Source: Gemmatimonadales bacterium
GTDB taxonomy: Bacteria; Gemmatimonadota; Gemmatimonadetes; Gemmatimonadales; GWC2-71-9
Assembly: GCA_035759585.1 (NCBI GenBank)
Contig: DASTUP010000249.1
Span: 1 to 53,048, forward strand
Direction: 5' to 3'
Length of the DNA: 53,048 nt
The translations under genes and the position numbers were made by a program. Numbering within the stretch: the first letter of the stretch is position 1; each line of letters opens with the position of its first letter. The notes below the pieces were generated by a model. That model did not search any database and was not told the DNA's origin. It saw nothing but the letters and a program-made list of their open reading frames with translations. Positions 7,684-16,222 of this stretch are shown piece by piece.

Positions 7684-10600
7684 ATGTCCATCTCTCCCCA
7701 GTTGCTCGCCACACTCGACGCACTGCTGACCGAAGCGCTCGACCTTTCCCCCGAGCTCCGGGAAAGCTGGCTTGCCCGCCTGCGGCTCGAGCAGCCGGAG
7801 CATGCAGCAGAAGTCGAGCGGCTGCTTGCCGACGAAGCCGCGCTCGACGCCCGCCATTATCTCACGCCCAGCTCCCCGCCGGTCGGCCATCTCGAGTATC
7901 CGCTCGTCCCGGGACAGCGCCTCGGCGCCTGGACCATCGATCACTCGCTCGGCGAAGGCGGCATGGGGACGGTCTGGCTTGCGCACCGAAGTGATGGTCG
8001 CTTCGACGGCACCGCCGCCATCAAGCTGCTCAAACTGGCGTTTCTCGACCGCATCGGCATGGAGCGGTTCCACCGCGAGGGAAGTGTGCTCGCGCGCCTG
8101 CGGCATCCGCATGTCGTCACCCTTCTCGATGCCGGGGTCACCGACAGCGGCCAGCCGTATCTCGTGCTGGAGCACATCGCGGGCGAGCGGCTCGACCGAT
8201 GGTGCGACGAACGGAAGCTCTCACGGGAAGAGCGGCTCGGCCTCTTCCTCGACGTGCTCTCGACGGTGGCGCACGCGCACGCCAACGGCATCATCCACCG
8301 GGACCTCAAGCCCTCCAACATCCTGGTGACACCCGACGGCGTGGTAAAGTTGCTCGATTTCGGCATCGCCAAGCTGCTCGCGCCCTCCGGGGACCGATCC
8401 GCCGACACGACGCTCACGGAAGGCGGCAGCCGCCCGCTCACTCCCGCGTACGCGGCTCCGGAACAGGTGGCTGGGGGACCGATCACGCCGGCGGCAGACG
8501 TCTATGCGCTCGGCGTGCTCCTTTTCCAGCTGCTCACCGGCCGTCATCCGACCGGTGCCGAGCAACCAGGGCACGCAGAGGTCACTGAAGCACCGCAGTT
8601 GAGCGCCGTGCTGCACACGGATGCCGGCGATCTCGACCGCATCGTAGCGACGGCGCTCTGCCGGCGGCCCGAGGAGCGGTATCCGACCGCGGGCGCGTTC
8701 GCGGAGGATCTGCGACGCTATCTGGACGGAGTCACGGTGCGCGGAGTGGCGTCCGGGGCGCGGCGGAAGGTGAATTGGCCCTCCGCTGCACTCCTCGGAC
8801 TCGCGGCCCTGGCCGGCGCCGGGTGGATCGGGTGGCGCGGCTCCCAGGCGCGGCAACGCGCGGCGGCTGGGGAACCCGCTCCAAGCATTGCCGTGCTTCC
8901 GTTCACCGTGCGCGGCGAAGGGCTCGCCCCCTGGCGCGAGGGAATGGTGGACCTGCTCTCGCGAGGCCTGGATGGCGCGGCGGGCATACGCGCGATCGAC
9001 AGCCGCACACTCCTCGCCGGCTGGCACCAGGCCATTCCCGACGAGGCCACGGCCGACCTCTCGCAGGCACTCGGAGTCGCGCGCCGGACCCAGGCCAGGT
9101 ACGCGCTTATCGGATCGGCGGTCGCTGCGGGGACGAGGCTTCGGCTCGGAGCGGATGTCTATGACGTCGAAACCGGCCTGGTAGTCGGACCGGTCGAAGT
9201 CGAAGGATCCTCCGACTCGATGCTGACGCTCGTGGATCGCCTCGGGATGCAGACGCTCGAGATCATTCTCGATAAGGACTCCGACGACATCCCTGCGCTG
9301 GATCTGGCAGGTGTTACCACGACCTCACTCACCGCCCTCAAGGCCTTTCTGGAGGGCGAGGATCGCTACCGACGTGCCGAATACATCGACGCCGCCGAAG
9401 CCTGGGAGCGCGCGGTGCGTGCCGACAGCACGTTTGCGCTGGCGTACCTCGGCCTGGCGGAAGCGTACGCGTGGTCTGCGAACATCACGAACCCGTCCTA
9501 CGAGGAGAAATATCGAGCGAACCTCGAGCGCGCGAAGGTGCGAGCAAATCGGCTCCCTGGCCGCGAGCGTACCCTGGTCGAAGCCCGCTGGGCACGGCAC
9601 CGAAGCGTTCCGGGTGCCCTCGCAATGACTCGGGAAGCTCTTCAGAGGTACCCGAACGATGCAGACCTGTGGTACGAGCTGGGTGAGCATTACATCCACA
9701 ACCCGTTGGCCATGGCCGCGCCCGAGGAAGCCGAGCAGGCCTTTCGGCGCGCCGCTGCGTTGCGGCCTGGAATGGCCGCCTTCCGTACCCACCTCCTGGA
9801 CCTGGCGTTCACCTGGCGCGCCGACAGTGCGGGCATTGCCGCCGAGCTCGACGCCTATCGCCGCCTCGCTCCAAACGATGTTACAAGCCGTGCGGGCCTG
9901 GTCGCGTTCGCCCTCGCCTTTGGTGACAGTCGCGCGCGCTCGCGCGCCAGGGCGGAAGCAGGCGGCCTCGATTCGCAAGCTGCGGTCAAGGTCTATCAGC
10001 TCCTGGCTCACACGAGGTTCGCTGAAGTACGCGAGGCGATCGTTGCCGTCCTCCAATCCCGCGTAAATGAAAGTCTTCAGCCGGTCCTTCAGCGCGAGCG
10101 AGTGCTGAACCTCTCCATGACGGACGGCCGGCTTCGCGAATTCATGGCGCATCTGGACGATCCGCGTGTCTCGGCCACGCACCGCTACTGCGGGCCGCTC
10201 TACATCTCGCAGCGCGGCCTGCCCGTTCCGCAGCGGGTTCTGGAGCAGCGACTCGCCGCCGTACGGGCCGACGGCGGCCTGTTCCTGAATCGATACCGGG
10301 CAATCTGCGCCACCACTTACGCCGCCCTGCTGGGCGCCTGGGGAGAGTTCGACGCTCTCGTCGCCCGTGCACGCGAAATTGCGGCACAGCGACTCGCCGT
10401 CGGCGACAGCGCGAGCGCCCGCACCTGGGAAGTGGTCGTCCGCACCGCGGCGGCACACGAGCACTGGGGACACGGCCGGAAAGAGGAAGCCCTCCGGGTC
10501 CTCCAGAGTGTGCTCCCGGCAGACGAAACTTTTGGCTCACTCTGGCAAGTCGGGCGGCTCAACCTGGAGCTCGGGCGGCTGGACGAGGCCGAGCGGGTCT

Positions 10601-10803
10601 TCCGGGCGCTCTGGTCGCACCAGGATGGTGCGCCGGCGCACCTCGAATTGGCGCGGATTCTGGAGCGGACCGGGCGGCCGGACGAGGCGCGAAAGGAATA
10701 CGAGTTCGTGGTCTATGCCTGGCGCAACGCGGACCCCGAGCTGCGGCCGAGGGTCCGCGAAGCGCGGGAGGCAGTGGAGCGGCTCTCATTCGCGAGCGAG
10801 TGA
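7684..10803 (+). CDS. Ser/Thr protein kinase with a transmembrane segment and a large C-terminal TPR-like region
   Basis: Hanks motifs GEGGMGTVW, AIKLL, HRDLKPSNILV, DFGIAKL and YAAPE. One TM segment (AALLGLAALAGAGWIGW) is followed by about 650 aa of helical-repeat sequence. Confidence 0.9.
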   Translation: MSISPQLLATLDALLTEALDLSPELRESWLARLRLEQPEHAAEVERLLADEAALDARHYLTPSSPPVGHLEYPLVPGQRLGAWTIDHSLGEGGMGTVWLAHRSDGRFDGTAAIKLLKLAFLDRIGMERFHREGSVLARLRHPHVVTLLDAGVTDSGQPYLVLEHIAGERLDRWCDERKLSREERLGLFLDVLSTVAHAHANGIIHRDLKPSNILVTPDGVVKLLDFGIAKLLAPSGDRSADTTLTEGGSRPLTPAYAAPEQVAGGPITPAADVYALGVLLFQLLTGRHPTGAEQPGHAEVTEAPQLSAVLHTDAGDLDRIVATALCRRPEERYPTAGAFAEDLRRYLDGVTVRGVASGARRKVNWPSAALLGLAALAGAGWIGWRGSQARQRAAAGEPAPSIAVLPFTVRGEGLAPWREGMVDLLSRGLDGAAGIRAIDSRTLLAGWHQAIPDEATADLSQALGVARRTQARYALIGSAVAAGTRLRLGADVYDVETGLVVGPVEVEGSSDSMLTLVDRLGMQTLEIILDKDSDDIPALDLAGVTTTSLTALKAFLEGEDRYRRAEYIDAAEAWERAVRADSTFALAYLGLAEAYAWSANITNPSYEEKYRANLERAKVRANRLPGRERTLVEARWARHRSVPGALAMTREALQRYPNDADLWYELGEHYIHNPLAMAAPEEAEQAFRRAAALRPGMAAFRTHLLDLAFTWRADSAGIAAELDAYRRLAPNDVTSRAGLVAFALAFGDSRARSRARAEAGGLDSQAAVKVYQLLAHTRFAEVREAIVAVLQSRVNESLQPVLQRERVLNLSMTDGRLREFMAHLDDPRVSATHRYCGPLYISQRGLPVPQRVLEQRLAAVRADGGLFLNRYRAICATTYAALLGAWGEFDALVARAREIAAQRLAVGDSASARTWEVVVRTAAAHEHWGHGRKEEALRVLQSVLPADETFGSLWQVGRLNLELGRLDEAERVFRALWSHQDGAPAHLELARILERTGRPDEARKEYEFVVYAWRNADPELRPRVREAREAVERLSFASE

Positions 10804-11979
10804 TCCGATCGCACCGGCCGCACCGACCTCATCCTTCGACATCAGACGCTTCCACACCAGGGCCGCCGCTTCGGATAGAAGCCAGCTGGCCGACATCCGA
10901 TCCCCGGCATATTCGGCCCACGATGCGATCTCGAGACTCGTCTGGTTGCCGAGCCAGCCCGATTCCTTGTCTACTGCCGGGAGCGGTGCGCCGGAGGCCG
11001 CCGGGAGCCGAAGCGCCAGCACGCCGCGGAACCAGTTGATCGTGGCGGCGTTGCCCTCGCTCGTCGGATTGCGGTGACCGATGTCGGGCTCGATCGCGAG
11101 TGCCCACAGGCCGCCCCGAGACCGGTTCGACTCGAATGTCTCCCGTATCCCCGTGTTGCTCACTACCTCATCGCGCTCGGCCTGCAGCACGAAGGTGGGT
11201 ACGGCGAGCGCATCGGTCGACGCGAGATTCGAGACGCTGGAGGGCACCCGCACGAACAGGCCCAGGGTGCGGTTCGCCTGGCGCGATGCCATTCCCGATG
11301 CCTCGTTCGCACCGGCGCTGATTCCCATCAGCAGAATAGGCGCCTCGGCGATCTCAGGGTGTCCGCTCAGTTCTGCGACATCCGCGAGCGCCCCGAAGAT
11401 GGCGTCGTCGCTCGTGACGCTGTTTGCCATGACGGTGGCGCTACCGAACAGTGCCAGCTGGGATGAGCGCGCGAACTGCCGAAGACTCGCACCCAGGTTC
11501 TGCAGAGTCTGCTCCAGCTCGGGAGAGCGATCGTCCGGCGCGATCCTTTCGCCAGTCACGAACCCGCTTACGTCGGGGCCGCCGAGAGTAATGATCACTC
11601 CGCGGATCGAGCCGACCCCGGCCGGAACGAATGTCGCGTTCGCACCCGAGCCGTAGATCTCCTGAGCGGCGAGCGCAAGATCTTGGCTGTTGGCTCCGGC
11701 CTCTATCGTCACGCTTGCTTCGGTGGCTGTATAGCCCGGCCGTTCTGCCCGCAGGGTAGCCGGGCCGATCGGTATGTCGGTCAGCTCGAACCGCCCGGCC
11801 GAGTCCGTCGTTGCCGTCTGTGCGCCGAGCTTGACGGTGGCGCCGGCCAAGGCGACGGATGACTCCGTCGCCCTCACCGTGCCCGTAAGCGTGGCCTCCG
11901 CTTCATCCGGGCCTGCGGAGTCGTCACAGGCCCCGAGTGATGCGAGAAGCACGACCAACTTCACGAGTCGTCCGCACAT
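10786..11979 (-). CDS. Lipoprotein: carboxypeptidase-regulatory-like domain plus alpha/beta-hydrolase-like domain
   Basis: Lipobox LLASLGAC. The N-terminal region is TLTGTVRATES...TATTDSAGRFELTDIPIGPATLRAERPGY (CarboxypepD_reg-type). A GxSxG elbow (MGISAGA) is present. The start is chosen at ATG 11979 (alternative 12039). The 3' end overlaps the convergent kinase gene by 18 nt. Confidence 0.65.
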   Translation of the reverse strand: MCGRLVKLVVLLASLGACDDSAGPDEAEATLTGTVRATESSVALAGATVKLGAQTATTDSAGRFELTDIPIGPATLRAERPGYTATEASVTIEAGANSQDLALAAQEIYGSGANATFVPAGVGSIRGVIITLGGPDVSGFVTGERIAPDDRSPELEQTLQNLGASLRQFARSSQLALFGSATVMANSVTSDDAIFGALADVAELSGHPEIAEAPILLMGISAGANEASGMASRQANRTLGLFVRVPSSVSNLASTDALAVPTFVLQAERDEVVSNTGIRETFESNRSRGGLWALAIEPDIGHRNPTSEGNAATINWFRGVLALRLPAASGAPLPAVDKESGWLGNQTSLEIASWAEYAGDRMSASWLLSEAAALVWKRLMSKDEVGAAGAIGSLARE

Positions 11980-12083
11980 GTCAGGGCGGGCCCATGACGG
12001 CAGCGGCGGCGTTGCACGCCGAATTGTATCCGGCCGCATGCTGTACCTCCTCGAGAATTCAGGCTCTTTCGGGGCCGCGCGAG

Positions 12084-13175
12084 TCAGTCGGCGAACCCGT
12101 TGCAGTCGTTGTCGATTCCGTCTCCGAAGATTTCCTGGGCCCCGGGAAACACGAGCGGGTCCGAGTCGTCGCAGTCGAGCGAGTTGTCGACGTAGCCCGG
12201 CAGGAACTCGATCGCTCCGAACGGGCCGGTCAGCGTGATCTGGGGTATTCCATTGACGTCTCCCCATGCATCGTCGTCCGTGTCCGGGTATTGCAGCACC
12301 AGAATGCCCGCGTCGATCTCTCCATCACAGTCGTTGTCGATGCCATCCATGACCTCCTCCGCGCCGGGATGGATGGAGCCGTTCGAGTCGTCGCAGTCGC
12401 TGGCGTCGGCAACGTGATTGGCGGGCGGCGGCGATCCGGTGGGCACCGCGGCACCGCTGAGCGGGTCGCCAAAGCCATCGGAGTCGAAGTCAGCGTAGTA
12501 GACATCCGGCGCCGATCCGCTCAGCGTGAAATGGCTTACGCCCGCGATTCCGTTATAGCTCGCGACGATATCCACCTCGCCTGGCAAGTGGCCGGTCACG
12601 AGCCCCGTGGACGACACGGTGGCGAGCGCCGGGTTGGTGGTGGCCCAGGTGACGTCGCCACTGACCGGAAATCCCTGTGTATCCATCACGTTCACACCGA
12701 GCTGGAACGTCGTTGCCACCGAGAGGTCCATCACGTGCAGCGCCGGCTGGACCTCTACGCTGAAGTCCCCGAAGACGAGGGTGACCGGTACCTGGCCCGA
12801 CCTCGGCGTGAGCGGGATGGTGAGTGGCTCGTTCTGGCCCCGCTGGATGTCTCGGGTCGCCGAGCCGTCGTGCGTCACTTCGCCGGTTTCATCAAATGCC
12901 GTCACCGAGAAGAGGCGCGCCTGGCCTGGCGGAACTCGCAGCGTGCCGCTGGCGAGGCCGCCCACCACCGGCAGGTTGAACACGGCGGGCACCGCGATGT
13001 CCGCCGCGGTTACGGTCACGACCAGCAGGTCGATCGGCGTGTTGGTGACGTTGGCTGAAAGACGGATCGAGGCCTCCGGCTCTGTGCCACCGGGCGCGAC
13101 CGGCTCGGCGGCGCACGCGCCGAGCGCCGCGGATCCGGCGATCAGGAAGGGAAGGCGCAGTGAGGAGAAGCGCAT
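12084..13175 (-). CDS. Lipoprotein with an Ig-like (Big_2) domain and repeated MopE-type Cys/Asp metal-binding motifs
   Basis: Lipobox IAGSAALGAC. Big_2-like ATVSSTGLVTGHLPGEVDIVASYNG. Two copies of DCDDS..x..PGA.E..DGIDNDC[DN]G are present (putative metal-binding motif). Start at ATG 13175. Confidence 0.7.
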   Translation of the reverse strand: MRFSSLRLPFLIAGSAALGACAAEPVAPGGTEPEASIRLSANVTNTPIDLLVVTVTAADIAVPAVFNLPVVGGLASGTLRVPPGQARLFSVTAFDETGEVTHDGSATRDIQRGQNEPLTIPLTPRSGQVPVTLVFGDFSVEVQPALHVMDLSVATTFQLGVNVMDTQGFPVSGDVTWATTNPALATVSSTGLVTGHLPGEVDIVASYNGIAGVSHFTLSGSAPDVYYADFDSDGFGDPLSGAAVPTGSPPPANHVADASDCDDSNGSIHPGAEEVMDGIDNDCDGEIDAGILVLQYPDTDDDAWGDVNGIPQITLTGPFGAIEFLPGYVDNSLDCDDSDPLVFPGAQEIFGDGIDNDCNGFAD

Positions 13176-13177
13176 GC

Positions 13178-13780
13178 TCAGTTGACCCTCTCGACTCCGC
13201 CGCAGTTCACGGCCGGGAACGGCGGCCCGAACGCGACGTGCATGTGGACGTTCCGGTTCTCGAGATCCAGGTAATCCAGTAGCTCGGCGGCATCGTCCAG
13301 AGCCAGGCCGCCGAAGGTGTTGAGCGCCGAGCGGAGGGCGTCGAGCGAGCGGGTGGCTTCGTAGTTCATCACGCCGGCAAGGTTGGCACTCGGAAAGCTT
13401 GGCCCAACGTTTGCGCCTTCGCCCGGAACGGTGAGCCCGGCGTCGAGGTTGACGAGGATGCCGCCGCCCGGATTGCAACCGGGATTCAGGTGGATGTGCT
13501 GAGGGATGTGCTCGCCGGGCTCGACTCCGGCGGCGTGGATCCGGACCCTGAGGAAGCCGTCGACGACTTCGATGAGTGCCTCGCCGGTGGCTCGCGAGCC
13601 GCCCAATGGGCTGAGATGAACCTTGAAGAGGCTGCGGTCCGCAGCTGCGCCGGGATCGCCCGGGACGCGGGTGAGCGCCGCACCCTCGGCGAGGGCGGCC
13701 TCCGGGTTCGTCGGCGTGTCGGCTGCGCAGGCGGGCAGGAAGGTCATCCCTGCGGCCAGGATGAGCGAACGGGTCGTCAT
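13178..13780 (-). CDS. Lipoprotein, CHRD-like domain
   Basis: Lipobox GMTFLPAC. The pattern SRATGEALIEVVDGFLRVRIHAAGVEPGEHIPQHIHLNPGC..GGGILVNL resembles the CHRD-domain pattern. Its stop lies 3 nt before the next gene's start, so the two are probably co-transcribed. Confidence 0.5.
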   Translation of the reverse strand: MTTRSLILAAGMTFLPACAADTPTNPEAALAEGAALTRVPGDPGAAADRSLFKVHLSPLGGSRATGEALIEVVDGFLRVRIHAAGVEPGEHIPQHIHLNPGCNPGGGILVNLDAGLTVPGEGANVGPSFPSANLAGVMNYEATRSLDALRSALNTFGGLALDDAAELLDYLDLENRNVHMHVAFGPPFPAVNCGGVERVN

Positions 13781-13855
13781 GGCTGATGCTCCTGAGGTCG
13801 AGGTCCGCCGGCCCGTGGTCCCCGTGGCCACGAGCGGGCGTGTGCAGTGCGCGGG

Positions 13856-13936
13856 TCCAGGGTTTCCGGTAAGGAGTGCGACAGCGCGGGGGGCGCCGTC
13901 ATTGGTTGGATCGGAATGAGGAGGGAATGACTGACA
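13856..13936 (-). promoter_or_regulatory. Conserved about 80-bp upstream block, copy 1 (shared with 14672-14751)
   Basis: Minus-strand TGTCAGTCATTCCCTCCTCATTCCGATCCAACCAATGACGGCGCC...CCGGAAACCCTGG lies 77 nt upstream of the 13780 start. It is about 80 % identical to the block upstream of the cupin gene. Confidence 0.45.
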
Positions 13937-14065
13937 GGGCGGCCGGACGAGGCGCGGAAGGAATACGAGTTCGTGGTCTATGCCTGGCGCAGCGCGGACC
14001 CCGAGCTGCAGCCGAGGGTCCGCGAAGCGCGCGCGGCCGTAGCGCGGCTCAGTGCGAACCCATGA
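13937..14065 (+). pseudogene. Relic copy of the Ser/Thr kinase 3' end (42 codons plus stop)
   Basis: Positions 13937 to about 14030 match 10672 to about 10765 with 3 mismatches in the first 92 nt or so. It translates in frame to GRPDEARKEYEFVVYAWRSADPELQPRVREARAAVARLSANP*, compared with the kinase C-terminus GRPDEARKEYEFVVYAWRNADPELRPRVREAREAVERLSFASE*. A TGA lies three codons upstream (13928-13930), so it is a fragment only. Confidence 0.7.
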
Positions 14066-14636
14066 CGGCAGGGGCCACGCTGCATTTCGAGTCGTATCCC
14101 GCACCCGCTTCGGAGGTGACCGGAATCGTCAGGGGCCCGGCCGCCGGAACGCCGAAGAAAGTGGCGATCAGAACGGTCTCCGCGCTCGTCGGGTTGTACG
14201 CATAGTGCACGTTGGTACCCGGATCGACCAGCGCAGTACCGGAGGGATAATTGCGCTCGATGCAGTCGTCCGCATACGTGTAGACCAGCTCGCCCTGCGT
14301 GATCGCGACCAGCACCGGTCCGGGATGAGTGTGCCAGGGGAACCTCGCTCCCGGCTGCACCGTGATTTTCAGGACTGCCAGCCTGGAGGCGCCCTGCAGG
14401 TTGACGACAGCCATCGGGCGGCCGTCCGGCTTCAGCCGGAACTGCGCCGAGAAGTCGTCGGTGAATTGGTGGCGAGCCGAGAGCGGCTCGATGGCAATCG
14501 GCGTCACGACCTCGTCGGCGGTGACCGGGAAGTGCGCTCCGCTTCCATCGTCGGATGAGCGCGCGTCGGGGGCGGTGGCTACTTCATCCTCACAGGCTAC
14601 GAGCATCCCGGCAATTGCTACGAACGCCGCGAGCAC
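14049..14636 (-). CDS. Secreted/lipoprotein cupin-domain protein
   Basis: LVAC lipobox-like N-terminus and cupin motifs (ARFPWHTHPGPVLVAITQGEL...GTNVHYAYN). The only in-frame start is GTG 14636 with no SD. A perfect SD plus ATG at 14653 is out of frame (see findings). Confidence 0.7.
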   Translation of the reverse strand: MLAAFVAIAGMLVACEDEVATAPDARSSDDGSGAHFPVTADEVVTPIAIEPLSARHQFTDDFSAQFRLKPDGRPMAVVNLQGASRLAVLKITVQPGARFPWHTHPGPVLVAITQGELVYTYADDCIERNYPSGTALVDPGTNVHYAYNPTSAETVLIATFFGVPAAGPLTIPVTSEAGAGYDSKCSVAPAVMGSH

Positions 14637-14671
14637 CGTGCGTCGGACGACATGCTGTTCCTCCTCATGGA

Positions 14672-14751
14672 TCCAGGGATTCCGGCAGGGGTGAGACGGC
14701 GCGAGGAGCGCCGTTACTGGATGGATCGAATTGGGGAGGGAATGACTGACA
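14672..14751 (-). promoter_or_regulatory. Conserved about 80-bp upstream block, copy 2
   Basis: Minus-strand TGTCAGTCATTCCCTCCCCAATTCGATCCATCCAGTAACGGCGCT...CCGGAATCCCTGG ends about 35 nt upstream of the cupin start. Confidence 0.45.
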
Positions 14752-14807
14752 AGCCCTTCGAAACGCGGAGCAGGGTGCCCGGCCCCGCTCCGCCGCCCTT
14801 CTCGGGC

Positions 14808-15731
14808 TCAGCCCACCATTGCTTGTGACTTGCGGCCCAGGCGAAGCGCCAGCGATCGCACCGATCCCATGGTCAGTGCGGTGCCGTTCACCAGGAGCAT
14901 CCCCGCCAGCACGAGTCCGAAGCCTCCCAGCATCCCGCGCGTGATCGGCTCGTGGAGAAAGACGGATCCCCAGAGCATGCCGAACGCCGGCGTGATGTAG
15001 GTGACCGTCTGCGTCCGCGTCGGCCCGATCCGTTCGATCATCCGGAAGAAGAGCACGAAGGCGAGCGCCGTCGAAAGCGCGGCCAGCGCTCCCATGGCGC
15101 CGAGTGCGGTGCTCGAGGGCGGCGCGTCAGGCAGGAACAGCAACGCGGGGATTGCGAGCCAGGCCACGGCACCGAGCTGCTGCCCGAGCGCGAGCGTCGT
15201 GGCGGGGATTCCCTTGAAAGCGCGCCGGACGTAGACGCCCGACGCCGCATAGGAGAAGGAGGCCGCAAGCGTCGCCGCAATCGCGAGCAGGGTCGGCGCA
15301 TCGAGCGGAACCGGGCTCCATCCGGTGAGAACGATCACGCCGAGCAGCCCGAGTGAGAGTCCGCTCGCGCGCAGTGCGGTGAAACGCTCGCCGAGCCAGA
15401 TCGCGCTCAGTATCGCCCCGAAGAGCGGCACGGTCGCGCCGAGGATCGCGGCGAGGGATGCGCCGAGCCGGAGCTCGGCCCACGCGATCAGCGAGAACGG
15501 AAGCGCTGCATTCGAGAGTCCGATCACGAGGAGCGGCCGGACGTGCGGGCGGAGCACCGCTCGCTTCCCGGCGAAACGGAGCCCGACCCACAGGATCAGC
15601 GCCGCCAGCGCGACTCGCCCGCCCATCAGCGTCAGCGGCCCCAGCTCCGGCACGCCGATGCGGATGAAGAGATACGATCCGCCCCAGAGCGCCCCCATCA
15701 GCAGCAGCGCTCCGAGATCGATCGGCTTCAT
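14808..15731 (-). CDS. EamA/DMT-family transporter
   Basis: About 10 TM helices and a duplicated EamA-type architecture (LLMGALWGGSYLFIRIG...). Start ATG 15731 overlaps the upstream stop (ATGA). Confidence 0.85.
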   Translation of the reverse strand: MKPIDLGALLLMGALWGGSYLFIRIGVPELGPLTLMGGRVALAALILWVGLRFAGKRAVLRPHVRPLLVIGLSNAALPFSLIAWAELRLGASLAAILGATVPLFGAILSAIWLGERFTALRASGLSLGLLGVIVLTGWSPVPLDAPTLLAIAATLAASFSYAASGVYVRRAFKGIPATTLALGQQLGAVAWLAIPALLFLPDAPPSSTALGAMGALAALSTALAFVLFFRMIERIGPTRTQTVTYITPAFGMLWGSVFLHEPITRGMLGGFGLVLAGMLLVNGTALTMGSVRSLALRLGRKSQAMVG

Positions 15732-16222
15732 GCGGAGCTCGGCGCCGTCGGCTCGAGCGCCGTCGGCTGGAGTGACGAGCGATACCGGCCCGGCAGCAGG
15801 CGCGCAGCGATCGACAGCCGGTTCCACGCATTGATCGCCGCGATGGCGAATGTCAGGTCGGCAAGCTCCGTGCGTGAAAAGTGCGGTTCAACCTCGGCGA
15901 AGACGGCATCGGGCACCTGACCTTCGGCAACGCGCGTGACGGCTTCCGTCCATTCCAGTGCCGCGCGTTCCTGCGGGGTGTACCAGGGCGACTCGCGCCA
16001 CGCATCGAGCGAGTAGAGCCGGAGCTCGCTCTCGCCGAGGGCCCGAAGGTCCTTCCAGTGCATGTCGATGCAGTAGGCGCAGCCGTTGAGCTGCGAAGCC
16101 CGGAGCCGCACGAGGTGCAGGAGCGGCGCCTCGAGGCTCGAGCGGTCGAGGTACTGGTCGACGGGATCCATCGCATCGTATACGCCGGGCGCAGCTTCGG
16201 CATAGTTGAAGCGGAGCGTCAT
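15728..16222 (-). CDS. Carboxymuconolactone decarboxylase (AhpD-like) family protein
   Basis: LVRLRASQLNGCAYCIDMHWKD (CxxC plus His AhpD-type motif), about 164 aa. Start at ATG 16222, overlapping the upstream stop. Confidence 0.8.
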   Translation of the reverse strand: MTLRFNYAEAAPGVYDAMDPVDQYLDRSSLEAPLLHLVRLRASQLNGCAYCIDMHWKDLRALGESELRLYSLDAWRESPWYTPQERAALEWTEAVTRVAEGQVPDAVFAEVEPHFSRTELADLTFAIAAINAWNRLSIAARLLPGRYRSSLQPTALEPTAPSSA

